Notes: a model not told the origin generated them from the sequence alone. Shown: positions 1-10,980, counted from the stretch's first letter. The stretch: 64,000 nt of DNA from an uncultured delta proteobacterium (GCA_963733195.1 CAVTCR010000070.1:32001-96000); one strand, 5' to 3'. Made by a program: numbers and translations.

Positions 1-63
1 CCTAAAAGTCGGCATCTTCCCTTAAGTTGTGACCGGTGGGTGCCGCAAGTGACCTTCCACGAT

Positions 64-1164
64 CTATCTTCCCACCGGCGGCAACCAGCGCAAATCCTGA
101 AATCGCCTGAACCACTTCTGAAAACAGTCTTCCGTGTCCATACATTCGTGAAATCCGGCCTGGCGTAATTTTATCGTGCTGACTAACATCGGCGGCGGCG
201 CTGGATTTTGACTGCCGAAGGCAAAGCTGAAATCTGTCACAATAAATGACTGACCAACAAAATCGCGCAAACTCGTAGGCGATCGTAATCCATATTTGCG
301 GACGATCGCAGCCCATTCAGCCTCGTGTTTCGGCATCTCCTCAGCGAGAGAGCACGCCTCTGGTGGGCCGACTTTCATTCCCAACGCATCGGCAATGGCC
401 GGCCACACATTTGGCCATGCAAAAACGTCTCCGTTGGTGATATTAAAAATTTCATTGTGACTAGCCGAGGTCGTGGTGGCCCAGGCGCAGGCACGAGCGA
501 GTACATCTGCATCAATCGCCTCCAGCACGAAGGATGGACCACCAGGGAACGACAGCGGCAGTCCAGCCTCGCGGCGCAAAGCTGCGTACACTCCGATCGC
601 TGGAATAACGTTCATCTGGCTGCCCAGCGATTCACCGAGGATGAGCTGGGGTCGCCACACTGTCCAATGCCACGACTTGCCTTTCTGCCTTTCTCGCAGA
701 TAATCTTCTTGCAACCAGTAAAAGTTCTCGTGTTGATGCCGTGCCCAACGTTCACGTGCAGGGACGGGGAAGGGTGCCAAATGCACGCCGTAGGCTTTGG
801 TGCCTTGTAACAGCGAGACATGTTGTAAGTTCTTGGCAACTTTTTCGAGCGGAGCAAAGAGATTATCGAGCATGGCCAGATTGGTTTCCATCTGATCGCG
901 TTCTCGCCATCCTTGCACCAATCCCGGTTTTTCATACAACGCGGCATAGATGACGTGTGTCACGTCGGACATCTGACTGAAGACCTCAGCGCACTGTGCT
1001 TTGTTCTGTAGGTCAACGGAAACGACCGTAGCTCCTTCCAGTCCGTCCGGAACTCGACGGGAAACGCCGATAACCTCCCAATCCTTGTCTTGAGCAAAAT
1101 GCTGTACTGCGGCAAAGCCAACTAAGCCGGACGCACCGGCAACGAGCATCTTCTTCTTTGGCAT
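64..1164 (-). CDS. NAD-dependent epimerase/SDR, PRISE (progesterone 5-beta-reductase-like) family
   Basis: VAGASGLVG Rossmann motif, LLQGTKAYG and NFYWLQED motifs; ATG at 1164 after GGAG. Confidence 0.85.
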   Translation of the reverse strand: MPKKKMLVAGASGLVGFAAVQHFAQDKDWEVIGVSRRVPDGLEGATVVSVDLQNKAQCAEVFSQMSDVTHVIYAALYEKPGLVQGWRERDQMETNLAMLDNLFAPLEKVAKNLQHVSLLQGTKAYGVHLAPFPVPARERWARHQHENFYWLQEDYLRERQKGKSWHWTVWRPQLILGESLGSQMNVIPAIGVYAALRREAGLPLSFPGGPSFVLEAIDADVLARACAWATTTSASHNEIFNITNGDVFAWPNVWPAIADALGMKVGPPEACSLAEEMPKHEAEWAAIVRKYGLRSPTSLRDFVGQSFIVTDFSFAFGSQNPAPPPMLVSTIKLRQAGFHECMDTEDCFQKWFRRFQDLRWLPPVGR

Positions 1165-1195
1165 ACACAACTCCGTTTTTCCTTGTGACAGAATT

Positions 1196-1265
1196 GGCAG
1201 GCACAGCCTGCCCTACGAATCCAATCTTTGACCTTGGCTCGAGAGTAGGGCGGGCTGTGCCCGCC
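1196..1265. repeat. Inverted pair of GTAG-type REP palindromes (GTAGGGCRGGCTGTGCCYGCC)
   Basis: ggcaggcacagcctgccctac at 1196-1216 and gtagggcgggctgtgcccgcc at 1245-1265; same family at 3803-3863. Confidence 0.75.
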
Positions 1266-1371
1266 ACCGAACCGTTGGGGTTGAATAGCAGAGCGACTTG
1301 CAACATGCCAGAGGCAGACGTATGCTCCCGGCGTTAGCGCATTCCTAAAGCTCAGAGGAGGAACAAGCATC

Positions 1372-1872
1372 ATGGCGGAGATTAAATTCCCCATCGAAGC
1401 GGGACACATCATGTTGTTCGCCCGCGCAGTTGGCGACCCCAATAAGATTTATTCGGACGCCGAGTACGCCAAGACCACTGAAGTCGGATCGATTGTCGCG
1501 CCGCCGACGTTTGTACAAGCAAGTGCGCAATTTGATCCTGACTACTCCTTGCGCCCAAAGATCGGCCAGCCGTGGTTTGGCTCGGGCAAGGAACCAACAG
1601 GGATTAAGCGTGAAAAGAGTAGTGGTGGTGGTGGCGGTGGTGGCGGTGGTCTCCACGCCGAGCAACACTTTGAGTATCATCGTCACATCAAGCCCGGTGA
1701 TGTCCTCACTGTCACCGTGAAACCCGGTAAAACGTGGGAAAAAGAAGGGAAACGGTCGGGTAAGCTCAAATTCTCCGAAACTATTACTGAGTACCGTGAC
1801 CAAAAAGGGGAGCTGGTGATTACAGCTCGTGGCGTTGGCGTTCAGACCGAACGCCCAGTTGATCAGAACTAG
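1372..1872 (+). CDS. MaoC-family dehydratase N-terminal (FAS1-type hotdog) subunit
   Basis: FARAVGDPN, APPTF, LHAEQHFEYHR motifs; RBS gaggagg. Confidence 0.85.
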   Translation: MAEIKFPIEAGHIMLFARAVGDPNKIYSDAEYAKTTEVGSIVAPPTFVQASAQFDPDYSLRPKIGQPWFGSGKEPTGIKREKSSGGGGGGGGGLHAEQHFEYHRHIKPGDVLTVTVKPGKTWEKEGKRSGKLKFSETITEYRDQKGELVITARGVGVQTERPVDQN

Positions 1873-1886
1873 CTAGGAGGAGAGCC

Positions 1887-2309
1887 ATGGCATTATCGGC
1901 AAAGAAACTCAAAGTTGGTGATACCTACTCTGAACAGATAGTGGATAATCTGACGAGAACCCAACTCGTCCAATATGCAGGTGCGTCAGGGGATTATAAT
2001 CCCGTACATACTGACGAACTCTTTACTACCAAGGTCGCTGGTTATCCTAGCGTCTTTGCCCACGGCATGTGTTCGATGGGGATGACGGGCAAGATGCTAA
2101 CGAACTACGTCGGGGACGGTCGCCTCACGACATATGGCGTGCGCTTTACCCGCCAGGTCTGGCCGGGAGATAGTTTGACCGCGAAAGCAACAGTAAAGGC
2201 CATTCGAGAAGAGGGTGGAAAGCATTTCGTTGATCTTGATGTTTCTACTGTGAACCAAGACGGCGCGGAAGTGATCAGCGGTTATGCATCGGCAAGGATT
2301 GATGCGTGA
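1887..2309 (+). CDS. MaoC-family (R)-hydratase subunit
   Basis: YAGASGDYNPVHTD...AHGM hydratase-2 motif; RBS aggagg. Confidence 0.9.
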   Translation: MALSAKKLKVGDTYSEQIVDNLTRTQLVQYAGASGDYNPVHTDELFTTKVAGYPSVFAHGMCSMGMTGKMLTNYVGDGRLTTYGVRFTRQVWPGDSLTAKATVKAIREEGGKHFVDLDVSTVNQDGAEVISGYASARIDA

Positions 2310-2314
2310 TATTA

Positions 2315-2397
2315 TACGTTCTTATAGAACAGGATGCCGAGGGCTATTTTGTTGCTTCGGTACCGGCTTTGCCTGGGTGTCATACTCAGGCAAAGTT
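2315..2397 (+). pseudogene. HicB antitoxin N-terminal relic
   Basis: Reads YVLIEQDAEGYFVASVPALPGCHTQAK with no start codon; followed by a palindrome (cctggatgcccgccggtgcgggcatgac). Confidence 0.7.
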
Positions 2398-2499
2398 CTT
2401 GATGTTCCTGGATGCCCGCCGGTGCGGGCATGACGGTCCGGAGTCCATCCGTCTCTACGAGTACTAACCTACTATGAGTCCAAACAAAAGGAGGAACTC

Positions 2500-2775
2500 A
2501 TGAGTGCCCAAGCCCTCAATATCATGCTCGTGGACTTGTTTCGTTCCGACGAAAAACTCAACCAGTATCAGCAAAATCCCGACGCAGTTACTGCTAACTA
2601 TGACCTGACAAGTGAAGAGCGAGAGCGGCTCAAAGCGAAGGATATGGGCTGGCTGTATACGCACGGAGCTCACCCGTACATCCTCGTTCAATATGCGTTT
2701 GCGATTAAGCACGACCTCGGGCAGTACCTGCAGTCGCTACAAGCGGCGACGGGGAAGGGCGGAGCAGAACACTAG
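2500..2775 (+). CDS. Extradiol dioxygenase small subunit, LigA-like
   Basis: 91 aa with the YDLTSEERERL...GAHPYIL pattern; directly upstream of a LigB-like gene. Confidence 0.7.
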   Translation: MSAQALNIMLVDLFRSDEKLNQYQQNPDAVTANYDLTSEERERLKAKDMGWLYTHGAHPYILVQYAFAIKHDLGQYLQSLQAATGKGGAEH

Positions 2776-2780
2776 ACAGA

Positions 2781-2844
2781 ACACGCATCACGTAATACGC
2801 ATCACGCATCACCGGGCATCTGTTACGTTTTGCGTGTTACGTGA
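2781..2844. repeat. Heptamer tandem repeat (ACGCATC-like) with inverted partner tract
   Basis: acacgcatcacgtaatacgcatcacgcatcac followed by gttacgttttgcgtgttacgtga. Confidence 0.7.
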
Positions 2845-2885
2845 CATAAGTACAGCACTTTCAGTGATTGAGACAGGAGGCCTTC

Positions 2886-3707
2886 ATGGCACAAGTTGTT
2901 GCAGCAATGGCGTCGGTTCACAGCCCGTTAATGACAATGGCCCCACACATGGCAGATCAGCCCACCTGGCAGAGGATTCACCAAGGCTTCGATACGCTGA
3001 AAAAGACACTAGCGGATAACAAAGTCGATACTATCGTAGTGATTTCCGACGAACACTTTAATGCACTCGACCCGCGTCGTTATCCGTCGTTTGGTGTTGT
3101 GACCTCAGAAACGGCAGTTGGACCAGTAGAGAACTGGTTAGGGATGCCAAGCAACAGTATCAAAATTAACTGCGCGTCAGATCTGGCGGAAGCGGTGATG
3201 AAGGAAGGAGTACAGCAAGGATTCGATCTCACCCGGTTAGGAGAAGTTGGACTTGATCATGGTTTTCTCACTGTATTGAATTTCCTCACCCCGAAGTGGG
3301 ATCTTTCCTATCTGTGGCTGATTCAGAATTGTGTCTTGCCGCCGTTACCAAGTCTCAAGCGCTGTTATGACTTTGGTCGCATGGTTGGTGAGGCGATTCG
3401 CAAAGCCGGCGGCTCACGTCGCGTTGCGATTCTCGGCACCGGTGGATTGTCACATGCCGTTGGTACGCCCGATATGGGCCGCGTCACGCCAGAGTTCGAC
3501 AAAAAGTTCCTCGATCTGTTGTGTGCGAATAATCAGGCGATGTGTAATTTTAGTGACGCAGAACTTGAGGCTATTGGCAATGGCACACACGAAATCCGTA
3601 ACTGGATAGCTGTCGCTGGCGCAGTGGAAGGGGCAAAAGGTCAAGTTGTGATGTACGAGCAAGCAATGGCTGTCGGCTTCGGTATGATGCAGTTTCAAGT
3701 GGCATAA
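2886..3707 (+). CDS. Class III extradiol ring-cleavage dioxygenase, LigB-like
   Basis: SVHSP, SDEHF, LDHG, GTGGLSH, EIRNW motifs; RBS aggagg. Confidence 0.85.
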   Translation: MAQVVAAMASVHSPLMTMAPHMADQPTWQRIHQGFDTLKKTLADNKVDTIVVISDEHFNALDPRRYPSFGVVTSETAVGPVENWLGMPSNSIKINCASDLAEAVMKEGVQQGFDLTRLGEVGLDHGFLTVLNFLTPKWDLSYLWLIQNCVLPPLPSLKRCYDFGRMVGEAIRKAGGSRRVAILGTGGLSHAVGTPDMGRVTPEFDKKFLDLLCANNQAMCNFSDAELEAIGNGTHEIRNWIAVAGAVEGAKGQVVMYEQAMAVGFGMMQFQVA

Positions 3708-3802
3708 GGCTGTAGGGGCGGATTGCGGCTCTAATGCGAGATTGGCGATTGAAGAGTAGCGTGCGCTGTGCGCACGAGGGTAACGTACCTGCTCAGCGCA
3801 CT

Positions 3803-3863
3803 GGCGGGCACAGCCCGCCCTGACGTATTTCACTAGCAGAGAGTAGGGCAGGCTATGCCTGCC
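3803..3863. repeat. Inverted pair of GTAG-type REP palindromes
   Basis: ggcgggcacagcccgccctgac and gtagggcaggctatgcctgcc; same family as 1196-1265. Confidence 0.7.
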
Positions 3864-3899
3864 GATTAAAAGGTTGGCTCTGACACGAGGATCGTCAAC

Positions 3900-5059
3900 A
3901 TGACAGACGCCATTGATCAAGTACTGCGCCGTGCGACGGACGCTGGTGATGTTCCCGGTATTGTAGCTATAGCCGCGAACGACCAGGACATTATCTACGA
4001 AGGGGCATTCGGCAAGCAAAACCTAAATGCGGCAACATCGATGACGGTGGACACCGTCTTTCGCATTGCCTCGATGACGAAAGCGGTCACGTCGGTCGCA
4101 GCGATGCAGTTGGTCGAACAAGGCAAACTGCAACTCGACCAAACCGTTGCCAGTGTCATCCCGGCATTTGGCGAGCTTCAAGTACTGGTGGGATTTTACG
4201 GTGACAATCCGGCGCTTCGTCCGCCCACACGCCAAGCGACTATCCGTCATTTGCTGACTCATACCTCTGGACTCGGCTACGAGATTTGGAATACTGATCT
4301 CGCCAGGTATCAGAAAGTGACAAAAACGCCAGGCATCGTTTCTGGCCTTAAAGCGGCGTTTCGCAACCCGTTGGTCGCAGATCCTGGCTCGATGTGGAAC
4401 TACGGAATCAATACAGACTGGCTCGGTCGTGTAGTTGAAGAAATGAGTGGTCAAACGCTGGGTGCTTACATGAAGCATAACATCTTTGATCCGCTAGGGA
4501 TGAAAGATACGAGCTTCAGCGAAACCGACGAACAAAAAAAGCGCATGGTGACAGTCCATGCACGCCAAGCTGACGGCTCGCTTGCGCCGATCGATTTTTC
4601 TTGGCCAACAGGGAGAGAATTCGAGAATGGCGGTCACGGTTTGGTTTCTACCGCACGCGACTATTTGGCATTCGTGAGAATGTTGTTAAACGAAGGAGTG
4701 CATAACGGGTCCCGTGTTTTGCGCTCAGAGACTGTGGCGCAAATGCGGCAGAACCACATCGGTGATTTGCTTGTGACCGTGATGAAATCCGCGAACCCGG
4801 CGATGAGCAACGACGCCGAATTCTTTCCCGGCATGAAGAAGAAACACGGCCTCGGCTTCGTGATCAATACTGAGCAGTGGCCAGGCATGCGCGCAGCCGG
4901 GAGTTGCTGTTGGGCCGGTCTGTTCAATAGCTTCTACTGGTTTGATCCGACTACGCGTATCGCTGCAGCGATCTTTATGCAAATCCTGCCGTTCGCGGAT
5001 CCACAAAGCGATGGAAGTATACACAGCAGTTCGAGAAAGCGGTGTATGCGAGTGTGTGA
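3900..5059 (+). CDS. Serine hydrolase, beta-lactamase/class C esterase family (3' indels)
   Basis: SMTK, LLTHTSG, WNYG, WAG motifs; true end inferred at TGA 5057-5059 by comparison with the duplicate copy. Confidence 0.85.
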
Positions 5060-5128
5060 TTCCCAGTTTGGTTAAGGGAAGAGTCGGGATGGACAACGAG
5101 GAGAGGCGACTCTCGCTGTCTAAGTGAG

Positions 5129-5404
5129 TTAGGAAACTTGCCTCTGACGTAGATTACTTTCGACCTGCCGAATCCGCTCGTCACACGCCATCTTGATCCA
5201 GGCCTGGCGGGTGACACCAAGCCGCTCACATTCAGCATCGATCTGGCGAAGCAGGTTCAGCGGAAAATCGACATTCACAAATTGTTTAGCGCGGTGTTGA
5301 CCGGTGAAGTGTGCCGAAACGTCTGCTCCCCTTTCAGCACGTTCTGCGATTTCCTCGATCTCCATCTTCTTGTGAGGTGAGCGGCTAACCGATTTCTTGC
5401 GCAT
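5129..5404 (-). CDS. BrnA-type (CopG/RHH) antitoxin
   Basis: VNVDFP...IDAECERLGVTRQAWIK; overlaps the toxin stop. Confidence 0.8.
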   Translation of the reverse strand: MRKKSVSRSPHKKMEIEEIAERAERGADVSAHFTGQHRAKQFVNVDFPLNLLRQIDAECERLGVTRQAWIKMACDERIRQVESNLRQRQVS

Positions 5405-5659
5405 AGGTTTGTTTCTCTGTCGCTGTTGAGTTCCATGCGGTGACTACCCAGATAAATTCCCCAAGCTCGTCTTCTCGATATTCGATGATAAAAGTCGTCA
5501 CCTTTCCTTTCACAAACCCGATGATCCGATATTGCTCCGGGTCGTCGGACCGTTGGTCTTCAAGGTAGGGGAGGCAGAAGAGATCGTCTAAGGTGGCAAA
5601 GTCGATCCGGCGTCGTTTGAGGCCCACTGACGTTTCTTCTCATCCCACCGAATCCGCAC
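5385..5659 (-). CDS. BrnT-family ribonuclease toxin (one indel near the 5' end)
   Basis: GTG-RIRWDEKKRQW / LKRRRIDF...VVTAWNSTATEKQTY. Confidence 0.8.
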
Positions 5660-5803
5660 TGACGAACTATACCATTTTCATGTCATGTGGTAACCAGCGG
5701 ATAGAGGGCGATCTGGACTTTCACGAGTGGAAGCCAGATGAGATCCCTGCATGAATCCCTTGTGGTAGAAACGCAACGTCTGGATTCATAGTTCCACCTG
5801 TTG

Positions 5804-5986
5804 CAATGGCCAGGCATGCGTATAGCAGGAAGTTGCTGTTGGGCCGGCCTGTTCAACAGCTTCTACTGGTTTGATCCGACTAAGCGCATTGCTGCGACTA
5901 TCTTTATGCAAATCCTGCCGTTCGCTGATCACAAGGCGATGGAAGTGTACACCGCGTTCGAAAAGGCAGTGTATGCGAGTGTGTGA
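5804..5986 (+). pseudogene. Diverged duplicate of the serine hydrolase 3' end
   Basis: QWPGMRIAGSCCWAGLFNSFYWFDP...VYASV mirrors 4875-5059 with mostly synonymous changes. Confidence 0.85.
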
Positions 5987-6031
5987 GCTAGTCGTGGGTG
6001 GGTCATGACCCACCCGACGGAACTCACGCGG

Positions 6032-6538
6032 TTAGAGAATCGGGCAATTGACTTCAGTGGGTTGTGGCTCGTCAACTCGGCGTACTGCTCCGACCGGCAG
6101 GATAAAGGTCGCGGTAAGTTGTGCATCTTCCGTGCCCTCATTCCGTAGCGTGTGCACCTGATCCGGATCTCCCTCCACAAAGCCTTCTCCCGCGTGATAG
6201 ACTTGGGGCTGACATTTGGGGGCGTTGTAGACCGTCAGGGCTCCTTGCGTGACCACCACAAAGACCGGGCCTGGATGCGAATGCCAGCCGGTGTAGCCAC
6301 CAGGGATAATAGTGCCGCTGGAGGTCACAATATCGACATCCTCTTTGGTCTTGACGGTCACTCGGGCCTCGCCAGATTTTTTCACGTTCAGCTGGTCGAA
6401 CGTTCCGCGCACCTCCGCTGGACCTGCCACTGAAGGGGTTTGCCCAGAGGAGGGGGTGGACAACGCCATCCCGTAGTACAGCCCGACGCTGAGAGCCCCA
6501 ACCGTTACTGTGCCGAGTATTTTCTTCAACATTTGCAT
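6032..6538 (-). CDS. Secreted cupin-domain protein
   Basis: Signal-peptide-like N-terminus; GWHSHPG...H cupin motifs; RBS aggagga. Confidence 0.8.
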   Translation of the reverse strand: MQMLKKILGTVTVGALSVGLYYGMALSTPSSGQTPSVAGPAEVRGTFDQLNVKKSGEARVTVKTKEDVDIVTSSGTIIPGGYTGWHSHPGPVFVVVTQGALTVYNAPKCQPQVYHAGEGFVEGDPDQVHTLRNEGTEDAQLTATFILPVGAVRRVDEPQPTEVNCPIL

Positions 6539-6707
6539 GATCCTCCTGACGTTAAGGTGAATGGGAAAAATCCGTAAGGTAGCTGAATTACCTACGGACT
6601 TGCCTTTCGCTCCCGTCTTTACCTTGGGTTCCCGATTCGCAATGGCATCACCTCCTTCCCGCCGCAGGCCTATGTTTCTCTTGTGACTGCGCGGATTTTG
6701 TGACAGG

Positions 6708-6773
6708 AGGGTAATGACATCGCGACGTGAAATCCTAAGAAAATTGTGAGAGATTTGTGAGATATTTCTGAGA
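6708..6773 (-). promoter_or_regulatory. Putative promoter: -10 TACCCT plus 11-bp-period TGAGA direct-repeat array
   Basis: agggta at 6708; t(a/g)aga at 6736, 6747, 6758, 6769; same geometry at 12216-12292. Confidence 0.6.
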
Positions 6774-8690
6774 GAGGGAAAAAGCCGCACATGCAAGAGC
6801 ATACCGACGTAAGTTTTGGCCCGTTTCGGCTGGATGGGCGGAACGAGCAGGTGTGGCGCGGACAAGAGGTCGTCCGTCTCACCAACAAAGCCTTGGCTGT
6901 CCTACGGTATTTGGTAGAGCATAGCGGACAGTTAGTGACGAAGGACGAACTATTTGCCGCTGTATGGCCTGGAGTCGTGGTGGGTGATTCGGCGCTGGTG
7001 GTGTGTATTCGCGAGCTGCGTCAAGCGTTAGGGGATGAGCGGCGCATGCCGCAGTTCATCGAGACCGTGCACGGGCGGGGGTATCGATTCATCGGGAAAG
7101 TAGTCAGTCGTCAGCATTCAGTAGTCAGTAGACCGGAACAATCGACAAACGAGCTAAGTCTAGCGTCTAGTGTCCAGAGTCTAGAGTCGAAAACTTCCGA
7201 GGGTGCTTCTCAATCTGAGCACATCCCAGACGTTTCCTCTGGTCAGACTCTAGACCCCCAACCCCAGACACCCGACGCATCGGCACTTTCTACCCAACGC
7301 TCCTGGTCGGTACGGAGTCTGATGGGCATGAGCCTCGTGCTCCTCGTCGGCGTTACCATGCTCGTGCAGTATCTTTCCCTTCCAACCTCCAGCACCCAAC
7401 CCCTAATCCCCAACACCCAATCCCTTCCCTTGCCCGACAAACCGTCGATTGTCATTCTGCCGTTCGTCAACCTCAGCGGCGATCCAGGCCAGGAGTATTT
7501 CAGTGACGGCGTCACCGAGGAGATCACTGCAACCCTTTCGCGCCTCTCCAGCCTGTTTGTCATCGCCCGCACCTCGGCGTTCACCTACAAAGGCAGGGCG
7601 CCAAAGTGCAGGACATCAGCCGGGAGTTGGGCATACGCTACGTCTTGGAAGGCAGCGTACGCAAAACGAAGGACCAGCTCCGGGTTATTGCCCAACTGAT
7701 TGACGCCACCACAGGAGAGCACTTTGGTCCGAGCGTTACGATCGGCCACTCAAAGACATCTTTGCCGTGCAAGACGAGATCGTGCAGAAGATTGTGACGA
7801 CGCTGAATCTCCAGCTCACTATGCGGGAACTGGGGTATCTGACGCGCAAGACCACGGACAACCTGGAATCCTATGACTATGTCTTACGTGGAATAGAGTT
7901 TAATAATCGCTTTACGAAAGAAGCCAATCTTCAGGCACGACAAATGTTTGAGCGAGCTATTGCCCTGGACCCGCAGTATGCCGAGGCGTATGCGCGCCTG
8001 GGCGGCACGTACCATAGGGAGTGGAGCATGCGCTGGGGTCAGGACCCGCAAATACTGGAGCGGGCGTTTGAGCTAGAGCAAAAGGCCTTGGCCCTGGATA
8101 ATTCCGTATCCTTTGCCCACGGATTCTTAGGCTTTATTCTTGTGGAGAAACAACAACATGATCTGGCTATGATCGAAGGCGCGCAGGAAGTCTCGCTCAA
8201 TCCCAACAATGATGTCAGCTATGCCCAACAGGCGATAGTGCTCAACTTCGCGGGTAAACCCGAGGAGGCTCTGCGGGCGATCAAGCAAGCGATGCGCCTC
8301 AACCCCCACTATCCTGCTTGGTACTTATCGCCACTGGGGAACGCTTATATCTTGATGGGACGATATGCAGAGGGCATTGCAGCGCTCGAGGGCTGTCGCG
8401 CGCGTAACCCCAATCTTCCCGTCCACTTTTCACTAGTTCATGGTTACATCTCGCAGTGGGATTCTCAACTGAGTCAGAACCCGCAGTTGCTTGAACAAGC
8501 GTTGGCGATGGCTCAGCAGGGCGTTGCTCTCAACGGCGCCGTCTTCTTTACTCATTGGAGCTTAGGCAGTGTCTATCTGTGGCAAAAGCAGTATGACCAG
8601 GCTATCGGCGAGTTGGAGCGAGCAGTTGCCCTCGGCCCCAACGATGCCTTGAGCTATGCAGGTCTGGCTGATGGGTTGAGCCGGATAGGT

Positions 8691-10098
8691 GTCGATCCTG
8701 AAAAAAGGGGGAAACGTAAAGCCGGTGGGGGCTACAGCAGCAACGAGAGGCGCTAGAATCGCCAGGAAATGAGCAGAAAGGGCCAAAAGCTGGTGATTTT
8801 ATAGAAGTGGAGAAAACCGAAAAGTCGAGTGCGGCATTCGGGAAGCGTGTTGTTGAAGGACTTCCTGAATGCGGCGCATCCGCTGTATCGCTTAGCGAGT
8901 GTGGTGAACTGGGCGCAATTTAGAGCGGCGAATCGGCAAGTTCTACGCGGAGGAAATGGGGCAACCGGCATTAGCAACTCGTCTAGTGGTGGGCCTGCAC
9001 TACTTGAAGTACCTCTATAATGTGAGTGATGAAGTGGTGGTCGCGAGTTGGGTAGAGAATCCGTATTGGCAGTATTTTTGTGGGGAAGAGTATTTCGTGC
9101 ACGAGTTGCCGTGTGATCCAACGAGTTGAGTGAAGTGGCGGCAACGGGTGGGCGTGGAAGGGAGTGAGAAGTTACTGAAAGAATCGTTAGCGGCGGCGCA
9201 ACGGGAAGCGGTCCTGACCGGGACCGAGATCAAGCAGGTGAATGTCGATACCACGGTGCAAGAGAAGGCGATTGCGTTTCCGACCGATGCGCGGTTGTAT
9301 CACAAGGCGCGACAAGCGCTGGTGCGGACCGCGAAGAGTTGTAACTTGAAGTTACGGCAAAGTTACGTGCGGCTGGGCAAGCGCGCGTTGGTGAATCAGG
9401 GCCGCTACGGCGCGGCCCGGCAACTCAAGCGGGCGCGACGGGAAACGCGCAAACTGCGCACGTATTTGGGGCGCGTGTTGCGCAACGTCGAGCGTGGGCG
9501 CCCACAGCTGTCGGAGAAACAGGCACAGTTAGTGACAATTGCTCGCCGGATCCTTACCCAACAACGCACCGATCACGGGAAAGTCTATAGTGTCCACGCC
9601 CCAGAGGTGGAGTGTATCGCGAAGGGGAAAGTTCACAAGCCCTACGAGTTTGGATGCAAAGTGCCAATCGTGACCACCTCGCGGCAGAGCTGGATTGTCG
9701 GGATCGATGCCGTCCACGACAATCCGTATGATGGAGTGACCTTGAAACCGGCCCTGGCTCAGGTCAAGCGCTTGACAGGAGTCCGACCCGAGGCAGCATT
9801 TGTCGATAAGGGCTTTCGGGGGCAGCGCTATCATCCGCAAGCGGTCGCGGTCTATATCACTGGCCGGCGCAATCTCACGCCCCAGTTGAGTAAGCTCCTC
9901 AAACGACGCTCGGCGATTGAGCCCGTGATTGGGCATACCAGACACAATCGCGCATCGACCGGAACTATCTGTTGGGAAAAATCGGCGATCGGATCAACGC
10001 GCTGCTCAGCGGCGCAGCCTGGAATCTCAGAGAATTTCTGGCGCCATTTTGTCGAACATCCGCTACCAGTACCGGCAACCTGACTTTTTAGGGACGAT
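8691..10098 (+). mobile_element. IS5-family insertion sequence (~1.4 kb)
   Basis: Imperfect TIRs gtcgatcctgaaaaa / tttttagggacgat; flanking direct repeat AGGT (GATAGGT at 8684-8690 and 10096-10102). Confidence 0.85.
8769..10083 (+). CDS. IS5-family DDE transposase (frameshifted as assembled)
   Basis: ENPYWQYFCG, VDTTVQEKAIAFPTD, YEFG, VDKGFRG, RRSAIEPVIGH. Confidence 0.85.
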
Positions 10099-10462
10099 AG
10101 GTAGAGTAGAAGATGCCTTACGAGCTGCAGAAAAGGCACTGCCCATTCAAACCACCTCTGGTGCGTTGGACCACTACCTACTTTCCGTAGGCACTGCGTA
10201 TACCCTAGCCGGGCGACCCAAAGAAGCCATTACGCCGCTAAAGCAATTCCTTACCCGCTACCCTAATGTTCTCCGCGCCCATCTGACTCTGGCAGAGGCC
10301 TACAGTGAGTTAGGTAAAGACGCTGAAGCGCGAGCGGAGGTGGCAGAAGTGCTGAGGCTTAATCCCAAGTTCTCACTAGAAGTTCACAAACAAAGAGAAC
10401 CAATCAAAGATCCAGCGGTGTTGGAGCGGCATATTGCGGCATTGAGAAAGGCAGGGCTTAAA

Positions 10463-10545
10463 TAATGGAGAATGAAAAATTGAGAATGGAGAATGAAAAA
10501 TGAGGAACGATGAATGAGGAGGTAAGTGCTGAGTACTAAGCGCTG
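10463..10545. repeat. Purine-rich heptamer tract (GAGAATG-like)
   Basis: taatggagaatgaaaaattgagaatggagaatga; identical start at 15271. Confidence 0.75.
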
Positions 10546-10648
10546 ATACATTCTGGCTTATAGTAGTGAGCCTGATGGTGAGATACGATAAGAAGAGAGA
10601 GAAAAATGAAGGAGAAGCGTTGACGTTTTTAGCAATAGAGGTCTTCTG

Positions 10649-10980
10649 ATGACAACCGTGACCATTCCAGACGAATCCGCCGAAGCGTTGCGTGCGCTTG
10701 GCGATTGCAACTGGCAGTAGATCTGGCGCTGCAGCGGTACACGATCGAACAAATCACCGCTAAAATTGCGTCTTTACGCCAACGCGTACGTGAATACGAA
10801 ACCAAGTATGGTGTCGATTACTCCACTTTTACTCTTCGCATAGCAAATGAAGAATCCTTCATTCGCGACATTGAAGCGACTGTGAACCCACTCTGGGAAC
10901 TAGACCAAGCGAACTGGGAGTTCTGCGTGAAAGGCATTGAAGAATGGACCCACACGCTCCAGACTATTTTGCTGACGTGA
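10649..10980 (+). CDS. Putative antitoxin partner of a DUF6516/TumE-like toxin (one indel)
   Basis: REYETKYGVDYSTF...DQANWEF pattern; overlaps the next gene. Confidence 0.55.

Larger units (their letters stand above)
6791..10465 (+). pseudogene. Membrane-anchored wHTH (OmpR/CadC-type)-TM-TolB-like-TPR regulator, interrupted by IS5
   Basis: FGPFRLD...[13 protein letters not shown] helix, [14 protein letters not shown], TPRs; reading frame ...SRIG|RVEDAL... rejoins across the IS; additional indels. Confidence 0.8.

Noticed and set aside
1620-1650. GGT/GGC repeat (poly-Gly) in the MaoC subunit
   Set aside because: In-frame low-complexity loop; no sign of phase variation
4875-5986. DGR template/variable repeat pair
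   Set aside because: Differences are mostly third-position and not adenine-specific, and there is no reverse transcriptase in the window
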